This document shows, piece after piece, positions 41,101 through 54,500 of a stretch of DNA of 64,000 nucleotides (its first letter is position 1; each line of letters begins with the position of its first letter). The stretch lies in the NCBI RefSeq assembly GCF_001194135.2, contig NC_068982.1, positions 75,193,411 through 75,257,410 of the forward strand, in the 5' to 3' direction. The position numbers and the translations under genes are program-made. The DNA is from Octopus bimaculoides. Taxonomy: Eukaryota. The notes under the pieces were generated by a model. That model did not search any database. It was not told the origin of the DNA and saw nothing but the letters and a program-made list of their open reading frames with translations.

Positions 41101-44100
41101 CACACACCAAACTGGCACAACTCAGTCAATGTTGCTGACTGTTTTAGTGAAAGATAAGGCTTTAAAATCTGCACAGAGTTACCTCTCTTCAGTATTTCCC
41201 ATTGATAATGGCTAGAGCTAGAAATGCATCTGGGAATCCAATAGAGGGCAGCACTGGATAGATATGGTGTTTTTACACCCTTTTATCCCAAGCAATAGTT
41301 TTTTTCTCTAGAGTAACTACAGTAAATTTGCCTTTAATGGTTGAAATATGTCTCAAACATATTTTAACCCACCTAAATTTCACTTATGCCTAAACACTGC
41401 TTGAATATGTGTGTGTCTCTGAGTTTGTTCCCCTCACCACTTGACAACCTGTGTTGGTTTGTTTACATCTCTGTAATGTAGCAGTTTGGCAAAATGATCA
41501 ATCGAAGTACTAGTGTAAAAAAAAAAAAAAAAAAAAGTACTGATGTCAATTTGAAATCAGTGCCCCAGTATGGCCACAATCTAATGACCGAAGCATGTAA
41601 ATGATAGAAAAAAAAAACCCAGGTGGTTTTACCTGATCTGTTAGCTCATCTTTTACGGAAGTTAAGTTATCCACTTGTTCCAGAATATCATATTTTTCTT
41701 TCACTGTAAACAACAAAACAAATACAGGAATGAGTAGTGTGAATGAACATTGGATAAAAAAACATTAAGATTGAATTTTGTGTTAAGATGTCAGGAAGAG
41801 GAGCATAAATCTCTAAGTGATGGAAACATAGTCAACAACCCTCAAGGTCTGAGTGTATTCTGTTGAAGGGGCAATGACAAGGTCTTTAGAGACTGCCTTA
41901 CCTCCTGACTACAAAAAATAGAGCCAGGTACAAGCATGGCAGTGGGGTTAAGAAGCTTGCTTTACAACCATGTGGTTCCAAATTCAATCTTACTATGTGG
42001 CTCCATGAGCAAGTGTCTGTTATAGCCCCAGGTCAACCAATACCTTGTGAGTGAATTTAGTAGACTGTAAACTCTGCCAGTTTGCTGCCTTTACTAATAC
42101 TAATACTAATAATAATAGTGAGCTGGCAGAATTGTTATCATGCCAGGTGAAATGCTCAGCAGCATTTTGCCCATCTTTACGTTCTGGGTTCAAATTCCAC
42201 CAAGGTTGACTTTGCCTTTCATCCTTTCAGGATTGATAAACCAAGTACTAGTTAAGCCCTGGGGTCAATGTAATTGACTTACTCCTCTACCAAAATTGCA
42301 GGCCTTGTGCCAAAATTTGAAATTATTATTATTATTATTATTAATAATAATAATAATAATGTTTCTAATTTAAGAACAAGCAATTTGTGGGAAGGTGATT
42401 AACCTATACCATTGATCCCAATATTTGACCACCACTATATTTCATTGACCCCTACACACACATCTGCAGCAACATCATATAATCTCTCTACACTGGTATC
42501 TGCAGCACAGCAAGTCTTTAAACATCTCAATACTAAAAGTAATACAAGTCCTTGGAAAAAAAAATCTAGGATTCAAAATGGTTTAAAAATAAATGGAACG
42601 TTTTGATTAGAATATGTAAGAGAGGTAACTATGGAGAGATGACAAGTGGTTGCAGCAATGAAAAACGAAAGGTAAGGGTGAAGTGTGATATAGGATAAAG
42701 AATGGAAACTTGATTTGAGACAGCTATCCAAGATACAACATCTGTAATGCGGATATCAATAAACAACACTAACAGCCAAAAGATCTCTGAGCAATACAAA
42801 ATAACATAAAATGCCCATAGTTCACAGTCTTCCTTAAGTGGCTGTGCATCTGAGATGCATTTCATATTGCATGAGGAATCTTTGGCCCACATCAGATCTG
42901 GGAGAGGTTCAGTTTAAAAAATACATATATATATTAGTGACAGAGGCAGTATTAATAGTGAGAGGCAATATTTATTCTCACTAAGATGTGGATGTTCTCT
43001 TAGAACAAACTCTACTGTGGTAGATACCATGAGAGAAACTCTCATATAGGCTTTTAGTGCAAAATGCATACTTGTTTATACTGATAGTGGTGAGGTAAAT
43101 TCTCACCAACTCCCGCTAGTGATATAAACAAGCATGCATTTTGCACCAAAAACCTATATGGGAGTTTTTCTCATGGTATCTACTGCAGCAAAGTTTGTTC
43201 TAACAGAATATCCAGATTTAAGTGGAAGGAAATATTACCTCTAAGCTTCGGTTTTGCTGGATGTCTTTGCTAATAAACATCGATGTAGTTGAGTGGTTGT
43301 TATTATTTTTTCACAGAAGCTTTTAACCACTTCTTAGGACCAAATGACAAGTGCTCAACATATGTTGGCATGGAACCTTTCTCTGCTTTGGTCTTTGAAG
43401 ATTTCATTTGAATATTTGCTACTAACAAGATCTGTACCCATGGTTAGCTTCATTTGGGCTTGTGCCTTCCATACTCACTGTGGCTCCCTCCTACTTGACC
43501 AGATACAGAAGTTTCCAAAATATAAAATCTGATATCCACATCTGGTAACCAAATATTTCTAAGTCAACAAAGCTTGCCACCTTCATGGCATGTGAAGAGA
43601 GAACAATTCTCAATGGAGCTCAAGATTAAACTACAATGAAGGAGCCTTAACACTGCTTTGATGGTATATACACTAGGCTCTTCATAAGGATTCAAAACAC
43701 CTCATAGCATTAGCACAAAGTCAAAGAGGATATTTACAGACATGTTTCAACTATCTCTACTGTTGTCGCTCAAAGCAGAGTAGGCTTTGCTGGCCACTAT
43801 TATCATGCTGAACATCATTACTCATTACCCAATGAGTAATGATGGGCTCAAATTATACTATAGTAATTGTTTTGTATGGTTCTGTCTGTCTAAATGAAAA
43901 ATAAGTGCCACTTATATTTCTATGTTGAAGGGTTTAAAATAACAAGAACAAGCATTGAAACTGTGGAGACAAAAAGTGTGCTTTTGCAACCAAACAATTC
44001 ATAGTTTTCATCTCACTGCCTGACATCTTGAGTTGGCAAATGCTCTGTGAATAGAATTTGGTAGACATGTGTACAAATCCACAAATGAATGTAATAATGA

Positions 44101-45695
44101 GATTTGTACTGAAATTCTCATTAAAATACGAATAAGACATTTTGGACAGGTATGGGCAGTTCGGTAATATTAACGAAAGTATTTTTCAGGTGTCTGTGGT
44201 GATAAAAGGGTGAAAGTCTATCTTCTATGCTGGCATGGGTTGAACTCAAAAATTTGTATAGATGTGTACATGTGTATATCTTTTGGAGATGTCTATCAGC
44301 AAGAAATGCAAAAAATAAACAACAAAAAAAAGTGCTTTTGAAGCAAGTCCTTTATATGTTCTACATCAAGGTGGTGAGCTGGCAGAAACATTAGCACGCC
44401 GATAGAAATGCTCAGCGGTATTTCGTCTGTCTTTACATTCTGAGTTCAAATTCCACCAAGGTCAACTTTGCCTTTCATCCTTTCAGGGTTGATAAATTAA
44501 GTACCTGTTACATACTGGAGTCGATCTAATCGACTGGTCCCCTCCCCAAAAATTTCGGGCCTTGTGTCTAAAGTAGAAAAGAATATTTGTTCTACATTGA
44601 TTTACACAGACTTTCCTGTCATTCTTACAACCATAAAAGCAATGAACCGGTGATTGTCCCAGTGATACTATTGTCTACCAATATATAAATAAAAATTCTA
44701 CCATTGAGAACTAGATATTAAATTAATGTCAGAAATTGCTATGATGACAACAATAATGATGATGATGAAAAACTAACCTCGTTTTTACCATCAAGTTGGA
44801 ACATTACCATTAATCTTTATAATTATGTAACCTGGTAATGAAGTGCTAGAAATGTTAGAATATAAGACAAAATTTCTCCAGGTAATTTGTTCCATTTTCC
44901 AGTGTGCTAAATACTGCTAGAGCCAATAAAAACAGAACAATGCCAGCCATTGCTCCAACTGACAATGTCCAAAACCTCTCATATTTGTGGCCTTGTACCC
45001 TGTCAAGAAATCCTAATATTGCAATATATAAAGCAGGTCTTTATCTTCATATATTAAATAGTAGGGAAAACTAAACACAGAGATAAGAATTAGGCAAATA
45101 CTTGCGTTCAGCTTGGCTAAGAATTATTGCCAACTGGCCGTTCCTCTTCTTCACATTCTTTAATTCTGCCTGAAATCATAAAATATAAAACAAAATATAA
45201 GAAACTGAATTTAAAGTTTATGAATAATGTAATTAGAAAACTTAACTTCACAGTGAATGTCAAACACCTATGAGCAGTTGGATGATGGCATCATAAAGTC
45301 ATTTAGCACAATTATTAACTTCGTCTCTCTAGTCCTGTCTTGACTATTCAACTTCTCTAGCATTGGTGCCACCAGAAAATGCACCCAATTACATTCTGTA
45401 AGTGTTTGGTTACTGGAAGGGCTAGTAGTTGGTTGTAGAAACCATGATACGCATATATATAATATATATATATACACATCATCATCATTTAACATCCATT
45501 TTCCATGCTGGCATGGGCTAGATGATTTGACAAGAACTAGTAAGGCCAAGGGCCACACCAGGTTCCATAGTTTGTTTTGACTTGGTTTCTATGACTGGAT
45601 GCCCTTATTAATGCCAACCATTTTACAGAGTGTACTGGGTGCTTTTTATATGGCACCAGCACCCATACCAATGCTTTTTATAGGCACCTCGGGGT

Positions 45696-45729
<34 letters not shown>

Positions 45730-45944
45730 CACACACACACATTCTTTTTATTCTTTTATTTGTTTCAGTCATTTCACTGCGGCCATGCTGAAGCACCGAC
45801 TTTAGTTGAACAAATCGGCCCCAGGACTTATTCTTTGTAAACCTAGTACTTATTCTATCAGTCACCTTTGCCAAACCGCTAAGTTATAGGGACATAAACA
45901 CAAGAACATCGGTCAAGCGATGGGTGGGGCAAACACAAACACAG

Positions 45945-45997
<53 letters not shown>

Positions 45998-48511
45998 TAC
46001 ACAACGGGCTTCTTTCAGTTTCTGTCAATCAAATCCACTCACAAAGCTTTGGTCAGCCTGAGGCTATAGTAGAAGACACTTGCCCAAGGTGCCATGCAGT
46101 GGGACTGAACCCAGAACCATGTGGTTGGTAAGCAAGATACTTATCAGACAGCCACTCACCTAGTGCAAATGGAGAGAGAACACTGGCAAATTGACAGAGA
46201 TTCTGAACATTACAAGCAATGGATATAGTAATGTAGTCAAGAATAAAGAGTTATAGTTGGAAATATAAACTGGACACTCAGTTCACTGGATTTAATACAT
46301 TTTATCTTGGTGATATCAGTTCTGATCATACAAAATATCTGTACAGAACACAATAGTCATTCTTTTCCCCCAAAAGTCATTGTTGTCACCATCATTGGTT
46401 AATATCCACATGTTCATACTTGTAATGGATCAGTTCACTGGGCAGATTTTCTACAGCCAGATGTCCTTCCTGTCACTAATCCTAACACATTTTCAAACAA
46501 GATAATATTTCCCATGGCCAGACAGGTTCTTCTACAGAAGACTGGAAATGAACAACAACGTACACACTCACAAAATTCACAAGGCTTTGGTTGGCCTGGG
46601 ACTATAGTACAAAACACTTATCCAAGGTGCTGGTGCTGCAACAAGGGAGTGAACACAAGACCACATGGTTGGGAAGCAAGCTACAAAACCACACAGCCAG
46701 GCCTGTTCAGATATTACACCTATTTTTTATCAACAGCCCTCAGCTTTCCTTCCCAACAAACACCCAACATCAATTTCACTGTCATTTCAAACACCTTCCA
46801 AACCCACACTGTAATGTGCAATATGTACAACAAACAATACTTACTTCTAGTGTCCCTACTTTATCTTTTAACTTCTTGGCTTCTTTTTCTTTCTCTTTTA
46901 TCTCTTCTTCATGTTTGGCAGTCAATACACTTTGAACAGCATATTGCTAAATAGAAATTCAATATGAGTAGACATCAATAGATATTAGTTTCTTGCACAG
47001 ATTTTACATAAGACAAATTGAAAAAATGAAGTGGTTTCATTCATGCATTTAAGAATGTTAGCAATATCAATGAATCAATTCTAACCCATATTGAAACTTC
47101 AAAACTGGCACTCTGTCAGTTATGATGATGAAGGCTCCAGTTGATCAACAGAACAGTCAGATGCAAGTGTATGAGCACTGTACAGACATGCATACCCGTA
47201 ACATAATTCTCAGGGAAATTCAGCATGACACAGAATGTGACAAAACTGGCCCTGTGAAATAAAGTGTCTTGCTCAAGGATACACTGTGCTGCTGGGAATC
47301 AAACTCATGACTTTATGATCATGAGTTGAATATCCTAACCACTAAGCCATGTACCTTCACACAAATTAAAACTTAGCTGCATGTTAACCCTTTTGTTACT
47401 ATATTTCTGTTAAAATCTACTGCCTTTGTTTTAATTTTGAAACTAATGATGAATTTAGTAAAATCACTTATTTCACTTATTAAGTTAGTATTTAGAACAT
47501 GAAATTTTGATGGAAAGTTTCAATGTAGATCACTTTAAAACAGTAAATTTTGTGTCAGAGAACCAGGGATAGTCTCAGGCAGATTATTATAAAAAAGGGT
47601 CAGCGTTAAATAGCTCAAGGTTTTTGGGGAGGCAATGACCAAGACCTATGGCATTATGTCGTGCATGAGAAGAAGACTCATCAAGCCAAGCAGAATCGCA
47701 GTTGTGACAGATACCGGTGTCAAGCAAATGATACCCATGCCAGTGACACGTAAAAGCATCCATTACACTCTTGGAGTGATTGACGTTAAGAAGGGCATCC
47801 AGCCATAGAAAACCATGCCAAATCAGACTGGATCCTTGCACAGCCTTCCAGCGTGCCAGCCCAGTCAAACCACCCAACCCATGCCAGCATGGACAACAGA
47901 CATTAGACAATGATGATGAAGAAAAGTTTCATGAGATCATGGAAAGAATAATAAAATGCTACCAAAGTCTAAACTCAAAAATTAACAATGATTTTAGAGA
48001 AGACATCAAAGCTATGACACTAAAAATTGCAGAAATTACAACTTATGAAGTGGAACATACAATTGAAGAAATGTAAAGTTCTAGGACAAGACACACAACT
48101 GATGTCTGAAAGATTCTAAAGAAACAACCTTAGAGCAAATTGGCAAACAAAGCAAAATCCCTACAAGTCAAGCACAATAATTATTCTGCTGCACAAAAAA
48201 CGGTAAAACAAAAAACAGCAAACTAGCAACTTATAATTTGAACAACAGAATAAATCCTATGGTTGGAGGAAGAACGGAAGTCTTTGAGAGCAAGGAAAAA
48301 AAAGGTCAGCTGATGTTAAAGGATAAATGGGAGTGGGGTTTAGTGAGCGAGAGAAAAGAAGAGGAGGTGAAAGAGAAGGAAGGAGAGATGTATTACTAGA
48401 CAAGGGGAACGGTAAGAGCAAGGAAAAAATAAAAATAAATGCCAAGTAGTTATGTAAAGCATTGAGAGGTAGGAAGGAAATAACAGGGAAACATTATACA
48501 TACAAAGACAA

Positions 48512-48573
<62 letters not shown>

Positions 48574-51500
48574 TCATCATCATCGTTTAACGTCCGCTTT
48601 CCATGCTAGCATGGGTTGGACGATTTGACTGAGGACTGGTGAAACCGGATGGCAACACCAGGCTCATAAATACACAAAAGGGATCTCTAATTTCACATAT
48701 TCTTTAAAGTCACTGGTTTTGCACTTTCAAAGACAGGAAACAGATCTCCTACATGAATAAAAGGGTTAGCAAAGGAAGGATACCCTGCTGTAAAATAATG
48801 CTGCAATATATCAGTCTATATCTGTCTTACCCATGCTAGTAGGAAACATGTAAAATGAACAAGTGATACATATATTAAATACTTAGATACACACATGTGC
48901 AGAAGTATATGGAAACAAAGCAAACATATACAAATGTATACATAAAATGCAAAAAAAAACAAACAAATACATGCAATTCCCTGAGTCTTATATATATATG
49001 CACACACACACACAATCATCATCATGTTAATGTCCATTTTTCAATGTTTGCATTAGACAAATGGGAGTCACTGGGGCAATTTTTTATTTTTGTGTGGTTG
49101 GGTGTCCTTCTTGTCACTGACTCACACTGGTTTTCAAGTAAGGCAATATTTCTCTATGGTCAGACATGTTTTCATGAACAAATAGAGACAAAGGCTGATA
49201 GACTGGATTTGATATTGGAAGATTTTTAAAAGAAACACAGAATGATGATTAAGATTGGTTGAATTGAATAGACTTAATGAAAATCAGAAACCAAAAAAAG
49301 AAGCAGTGCTCACCTAGTACCTATTTTATCAGCCCCAAAAGGATAAAAGGCAAAGTCAACCTTGGCAGAATTTGAACTCAAAACATAAAGACAGACAAAA
49401 TACTGCTGAGTATTTTGCTCAGCACAGTAACAATTCTACCATCTCACTGGTACAATTTAGGATGATACACCCAAGATGACATACTAGTTGTGGGTAAGTG
49501 CTTTTCATAAGCTAGAAGCAGTTTACAGCATTTAGAATTACCATTAACTACATGTGCTTTATGATAAAAGATAAAGATGTAGTCAAAGCATTTTTCCTAC
49601 AACAGGCCATACATGTCGAGGTACTTAGTTCAATCCCTAATCCCAGCTGGAACCACTGCTCTACTCCTAAGCAGGCATATTTTACTGTTTACTTAATCTT
49701 CAGGAGCTGGAAATAAGAGCATCTCCAGATTCACAACTGAATGCTAATTAGTAATGAAGTGTCAAATTAATTAACGTGCAAATAAGTCAATAATGCATGT
49801 CTATGCATGCGCATGTGTATTTGATGTTACCAGCAAGCAGAAATTTTAAAATCCAAAACTCAAATTTTAATTTTATGCTTAATTTTTTTTTTTAGATTGG
49901 AGTGAAAATAAAATAAAATAAACAGACAAAAAAGATTTACTTTCCGGTATTCTTCTTGCATCTTTTCATTATGCCGAATGCGGTTATAGCCAGCTTTCGC
50001 ATTATCAAGACAATTGGACTCTCCATCATTATTCAATGAGGCTTCATGTTTGGCACCTTCAAAATAATGAAAACGACAAGACAAAGAAAGATATTGATTA
50101 AATATAAATAGAGTTGCAACATCGGGTAAAGAGTAAAGATCCCTCTTTGGTCACAAATGACCATGGGATTGCAATGAGAAAGTTCCCCTCTGAAGCACAG
50201 GTCTGGGCAAGGTTGTTCATGGAAGACTTATGCATACCAGCCTCCTCTACTCCATGCAATTGATGCTATCCAAGGGAAAAGGCAAAAGCTGATACAGCTT
50301 GGTACCAGTGACATTGCAACTCATTTCTATAGCTGAGTAAACTGGAGTGACGTAAAATAAAGTGTCTTGCTGCAGAACAACACACAACCCAGTCTGAGAA
50401 TTGAACTCACTACCACATGATCATGAACCTCACAATCTAACCACTGAGCCATGCACCTTCACCACAAAGTAAACATGTGACTAATTTAATAAATCATAAC
50501 CCACACCAGCCTGGAACATCATTATCATTTAACGTCCGCTTTCCATGCTAGCATGGGTTGGACGATTTGACTGGGGAATGGCTAACCAGATGGCTATACC
50601 AAACTCCAATCTGATCTGGCAGAGTTTCTATCTACAGCTGGATGCCCTTCCTAACGCCAACCACTCCGAGAGTGTAGTGGGTGCTTTTTTTTATGGGATT
50701 GTTTACTTTTAATGTGGCATTGTAAGATAGATATAAGAAACTGAATTTGGCCAGTTTGACCAGAAAAAAATTGGAATATTTTGACAGGATATGGTTGATT
50801 TAAATGCTAAAGGGCTAAATCTTGGACAAATGCTCAACCCACCCCAAAGATGACATCTTCAGTAAAAAACATTTATTCAATATATTTACCACCCAACTGT
50901 ATGTCATTTACCAAACCTCAAAACCAAAGAATATTGAACTTTCTTAAGACTCACTTTTCATGAAATGTCTTTTAGATGCAGTGAATGCTGGCAAATCTGT
51001 ACTGACATTTATTAAAGAATTGAATATCAAGAATGCTGTCTGGTTTGTTGCCAGAGGATGGAAGATGCTGGAAGCATCTACACTAAAGAAAACCTGGCAT
51101 AAGTTGTGGCCTGCTTTGATATTTGATAATTCATCTGATGAGAATGTTAACAATGATTTCACAGACTTTAATTTATCAAAGGAAAAAGTGTTTGTAAGTC
51201 GCTTGGGTATGCAAAAAAAATGTTACAGGATCTGTTGTTGAGGATGTAGTAAATAATAATGAAAATCTGACAGTATAGATTATATTAGTAATAAAATACC
51301 TATAGTGCATCGTCTTAGAGACTTGCAAATTACAGACACCACTGTGAATGATTAAAATATAGGGAATGAAGATGCAACAGATGTAACTTAGAAGCTTCCC
51401 AATGTCAAGTCGAGTTGGTGAGTGAAGTAATTGAAGGGATATTCTTTTTCATATTTATCTTGTACCTTAATCTCACATCTCTCTCTTTCTTTCCAGATGG

Positions 51501-54500
51501 AGAAGCCATGCATTCATCTCTTTAGCAAAATATCTGCTCCTGTCTCTCTATCAAACTTTCACCTCCATCAATACTACACTCCCACTCAATTGAGGTCTTG
51601 TCATGTGAGTATTTGTTGATCCCACTAGTGCTGGTGCCACAAAAAAGTGTCCAGTACACTTAATGAAGTGATTGGCATTAGGAAGGACATCCAGTAAGTA
51701 GAAACCATGTCAAATCAGACATTGGAGACCAATACAGCCCTCAGGCTCGTTGGATCATGTCAAACTATTCAATCTATGCCAGCATGGAAAAAGGTATGTT
51801 AAATGATGACAGAGCAACCTACTGCTCTTATAGAACACAAACTAATAAATTTACATTTCAAAAACACATGAAACAACTTTGCTTGGATGATGTGTCCTGT
51901 TGCCTCAACATCAAGTATCTCAGAGAGCCCACATACAACATCAGAAATCCAAGATGAAATGGTTAACTACATTAAAAAACAAAACAAAACAAAAAAAGAG
52001 AACTGTAATCTTGAGTGTTCAACTTCCAGACTTACATGATTAACTTCATGGTTCCAGTAAACTTTGCCAATCTGAGAGCAGTGATACAGCATCATTCTTT
52101 GTAAGTACAGTAGTTAATAAATTTACAATATAGATTTGTTATTTCTTACAATGTGGATTTCTTACAATGTGGATTCTTACAATGTGGATTGGGTTTCCTG
52201 TTGAACCACCTCTGATGTCTAATAAAGTGTTCACAACACTTACAGTATGCAAATCTCCAGTTCTCTGAAGCTATTAGATTTGATGTGTATATGAACAGAT
52301 TGGCAACTTTTTCTGTTGATTGCTCACGAGACACACACATCTTTGATGAGACCCAATAAAGGTTGAAAATTAAAGCTGCTCTTCATTTTTTCAATCTATG
52401 GAGAAATAGGTAAATTTACCATGTATGTCTACAAGGTCATCATCATCATTTAGCGTCTGCTTTCCATGCTGGCATGAGTTAGACGGTTTGACTGAAACTG
52501 AAGCTGGAAAGCTGCACTAGGTTTCAATTTGATTTGGCTTGGTTTCTATGGCTGGATGCCCTTCCTAATGCCAATCACACCAAGAGTGTAATGGGTGTTT
52601 GTTACATGCCACCAGCATCAGCCACAACTATGATTTCATTTGGCTTGACAAGTCTTCTCAAGTATGGCATATCGCCAAGGGTCTTGGTCACTTATCACCT
52701 CCATGAGACTCAATGTTTGAATGGTGTTTTTTTATGTGCCTGTTTCACTTGGCTTGACGGGTTTTCTCAAGCACGGCATATTACCAAAGGTCTGGGTCAT
52801 TTGTCATCTTCTTAATGAGGCTTGACATACAAAGATCATGCTTCACCACCTCGTCCCATGTCTTCCTGGGTCTACCTCCACAGTTAGAGATCAGCACTTC
52901 TTTGCACAGCTGTCCTCATCCATATGTAGGCTTGTTTAAAAGATATATATGCAACCATATGAATACTAAGTTTGTCAACTGTCTAACATACACATACACA
53001 AATAGCGAACTTGCCAATTGTCTAATATACATTGTTGGCATTCCGTCGCTTACGACGTCAAGGGTTCCAGTTGGTCCAATCAACAAAACAGCCTGCTCGT
53101 GAAATTAACGTGCAAGTGGCTGAGCACTCCACAGACACATGCACCCTTCATGTAGTTCTCAGGGAGATTCAGCATGACACAGAATGTGACAAGGCTGGCC
53201 CTTTGAAATACAGGTACAACAGAAACAGGAAGTAAGAGTGAGAGAAAGTTGTGGTGAAATAGTACAGCAGGGTTCACCACCATTCCCTGCCAGAGCCTCG
53301 TGGAGCTTTAGGTGTTTTCGCTCAATAAACACTCACAACGGCCGGTCTGGGAATTGAAACTGTGATCCTATGANNNNNNNNNNNNNNNNNNNNNNNNNNN
53401 NNNNNNNNNNNNNNNNNNNNNNNNNNNNNNNNNNNNNNNNNNNNNNNNNNNNNNNNNNNNNNNNNNNNNNNNNNNNNNNNNNNNNNNNNNNNNNNNNNNN
53501 NNNNNNNNNNNNNNNNNNNNGTAACTGTACCTGATTTGTTGGAGTTTGGAACCTTATTTTTGGGTTGTTCTGTGTTGGTGGGAATAACTTGCTTTTCTTT
53601 TTTCTTTTTCTTCTTACTTTCTGCCTGTGTTTTAACTTCTGAGCTGTTTCCTTTCTGGAAAAAACAAAATCCCAGTATACAAATAAAATAAAATGTTTAC
53701 TATTATTCTCTCCAGGCATCATCAGTTTTTCTTCCATGCAGTTTCCCTTGGATTCAAACACATACACATCAAATTCACCTTTCTACCATCTCTAATTTAA
53801 CTGCACAACTTCTGCAATTAAGTTTTACTAATATTTATCCTTTTTGTTACCATAATTCTTTGAAAATACAGTTTTTGATTCAATTGATTAAAAAAATAAT
53901 GAAAAATATAGTAAAGTAACTCCATTGTTATTAAGCTGTTTGGAACATAAATTGCTTTCTATTAAAGAAAAGCACAGGACCTGATAGTAAGGTAGTGGGG
54001 CAAGTCAAGCAAAGTTGACCATGACAGAATTTGAGCTCAGAACGTATTGCTGGAAGTAACGCTGCTAAGTATTTTGTCCAGCATGCTAATGATTCTGCCA
54101 GCTTGGGACATAAAATAACCTGAAATTTTAAAAGGGAATTTTAACATAAATCACTTTAAATCAGTAAGGCTGTACCTTAAAACCAATGATGATCTTGTGT
54201 GGTTTTGTACCAAATGGGTTATGCATTCAATACTTACCACAATACTAGTCATTCTATACATAAATATCAATTCCAAACAATCTCCTGTTGTTTATTTTTT
54301 TTTTACTGTCAAAATAGATGTTGAAAATTTAATCAACTGCACATTATTGGAAAGGTCTTGTTAAATAAAGATGTATTTAAATTTTTTTTTTTATTTCTTC
54401 AGTTGGATGTTCCTTACTTCTATGTACTGAATTGTTAAAGTGAGGGTGAAATCTGTTTGTCAGCCACACAGACTAAAGTAGAGCTATGTGAATAATCAAA

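Noticed and set aside
52146-52340. C/H-rich ORF ([12 protein letters not shown]...[11 protein letters not shown]) resembling a C2H2 zinc-finger relic
   Set aside because: Cys/His spacing is not canonical, and the NPHCK repeats come from a 15-16-bp triple tandem duplication
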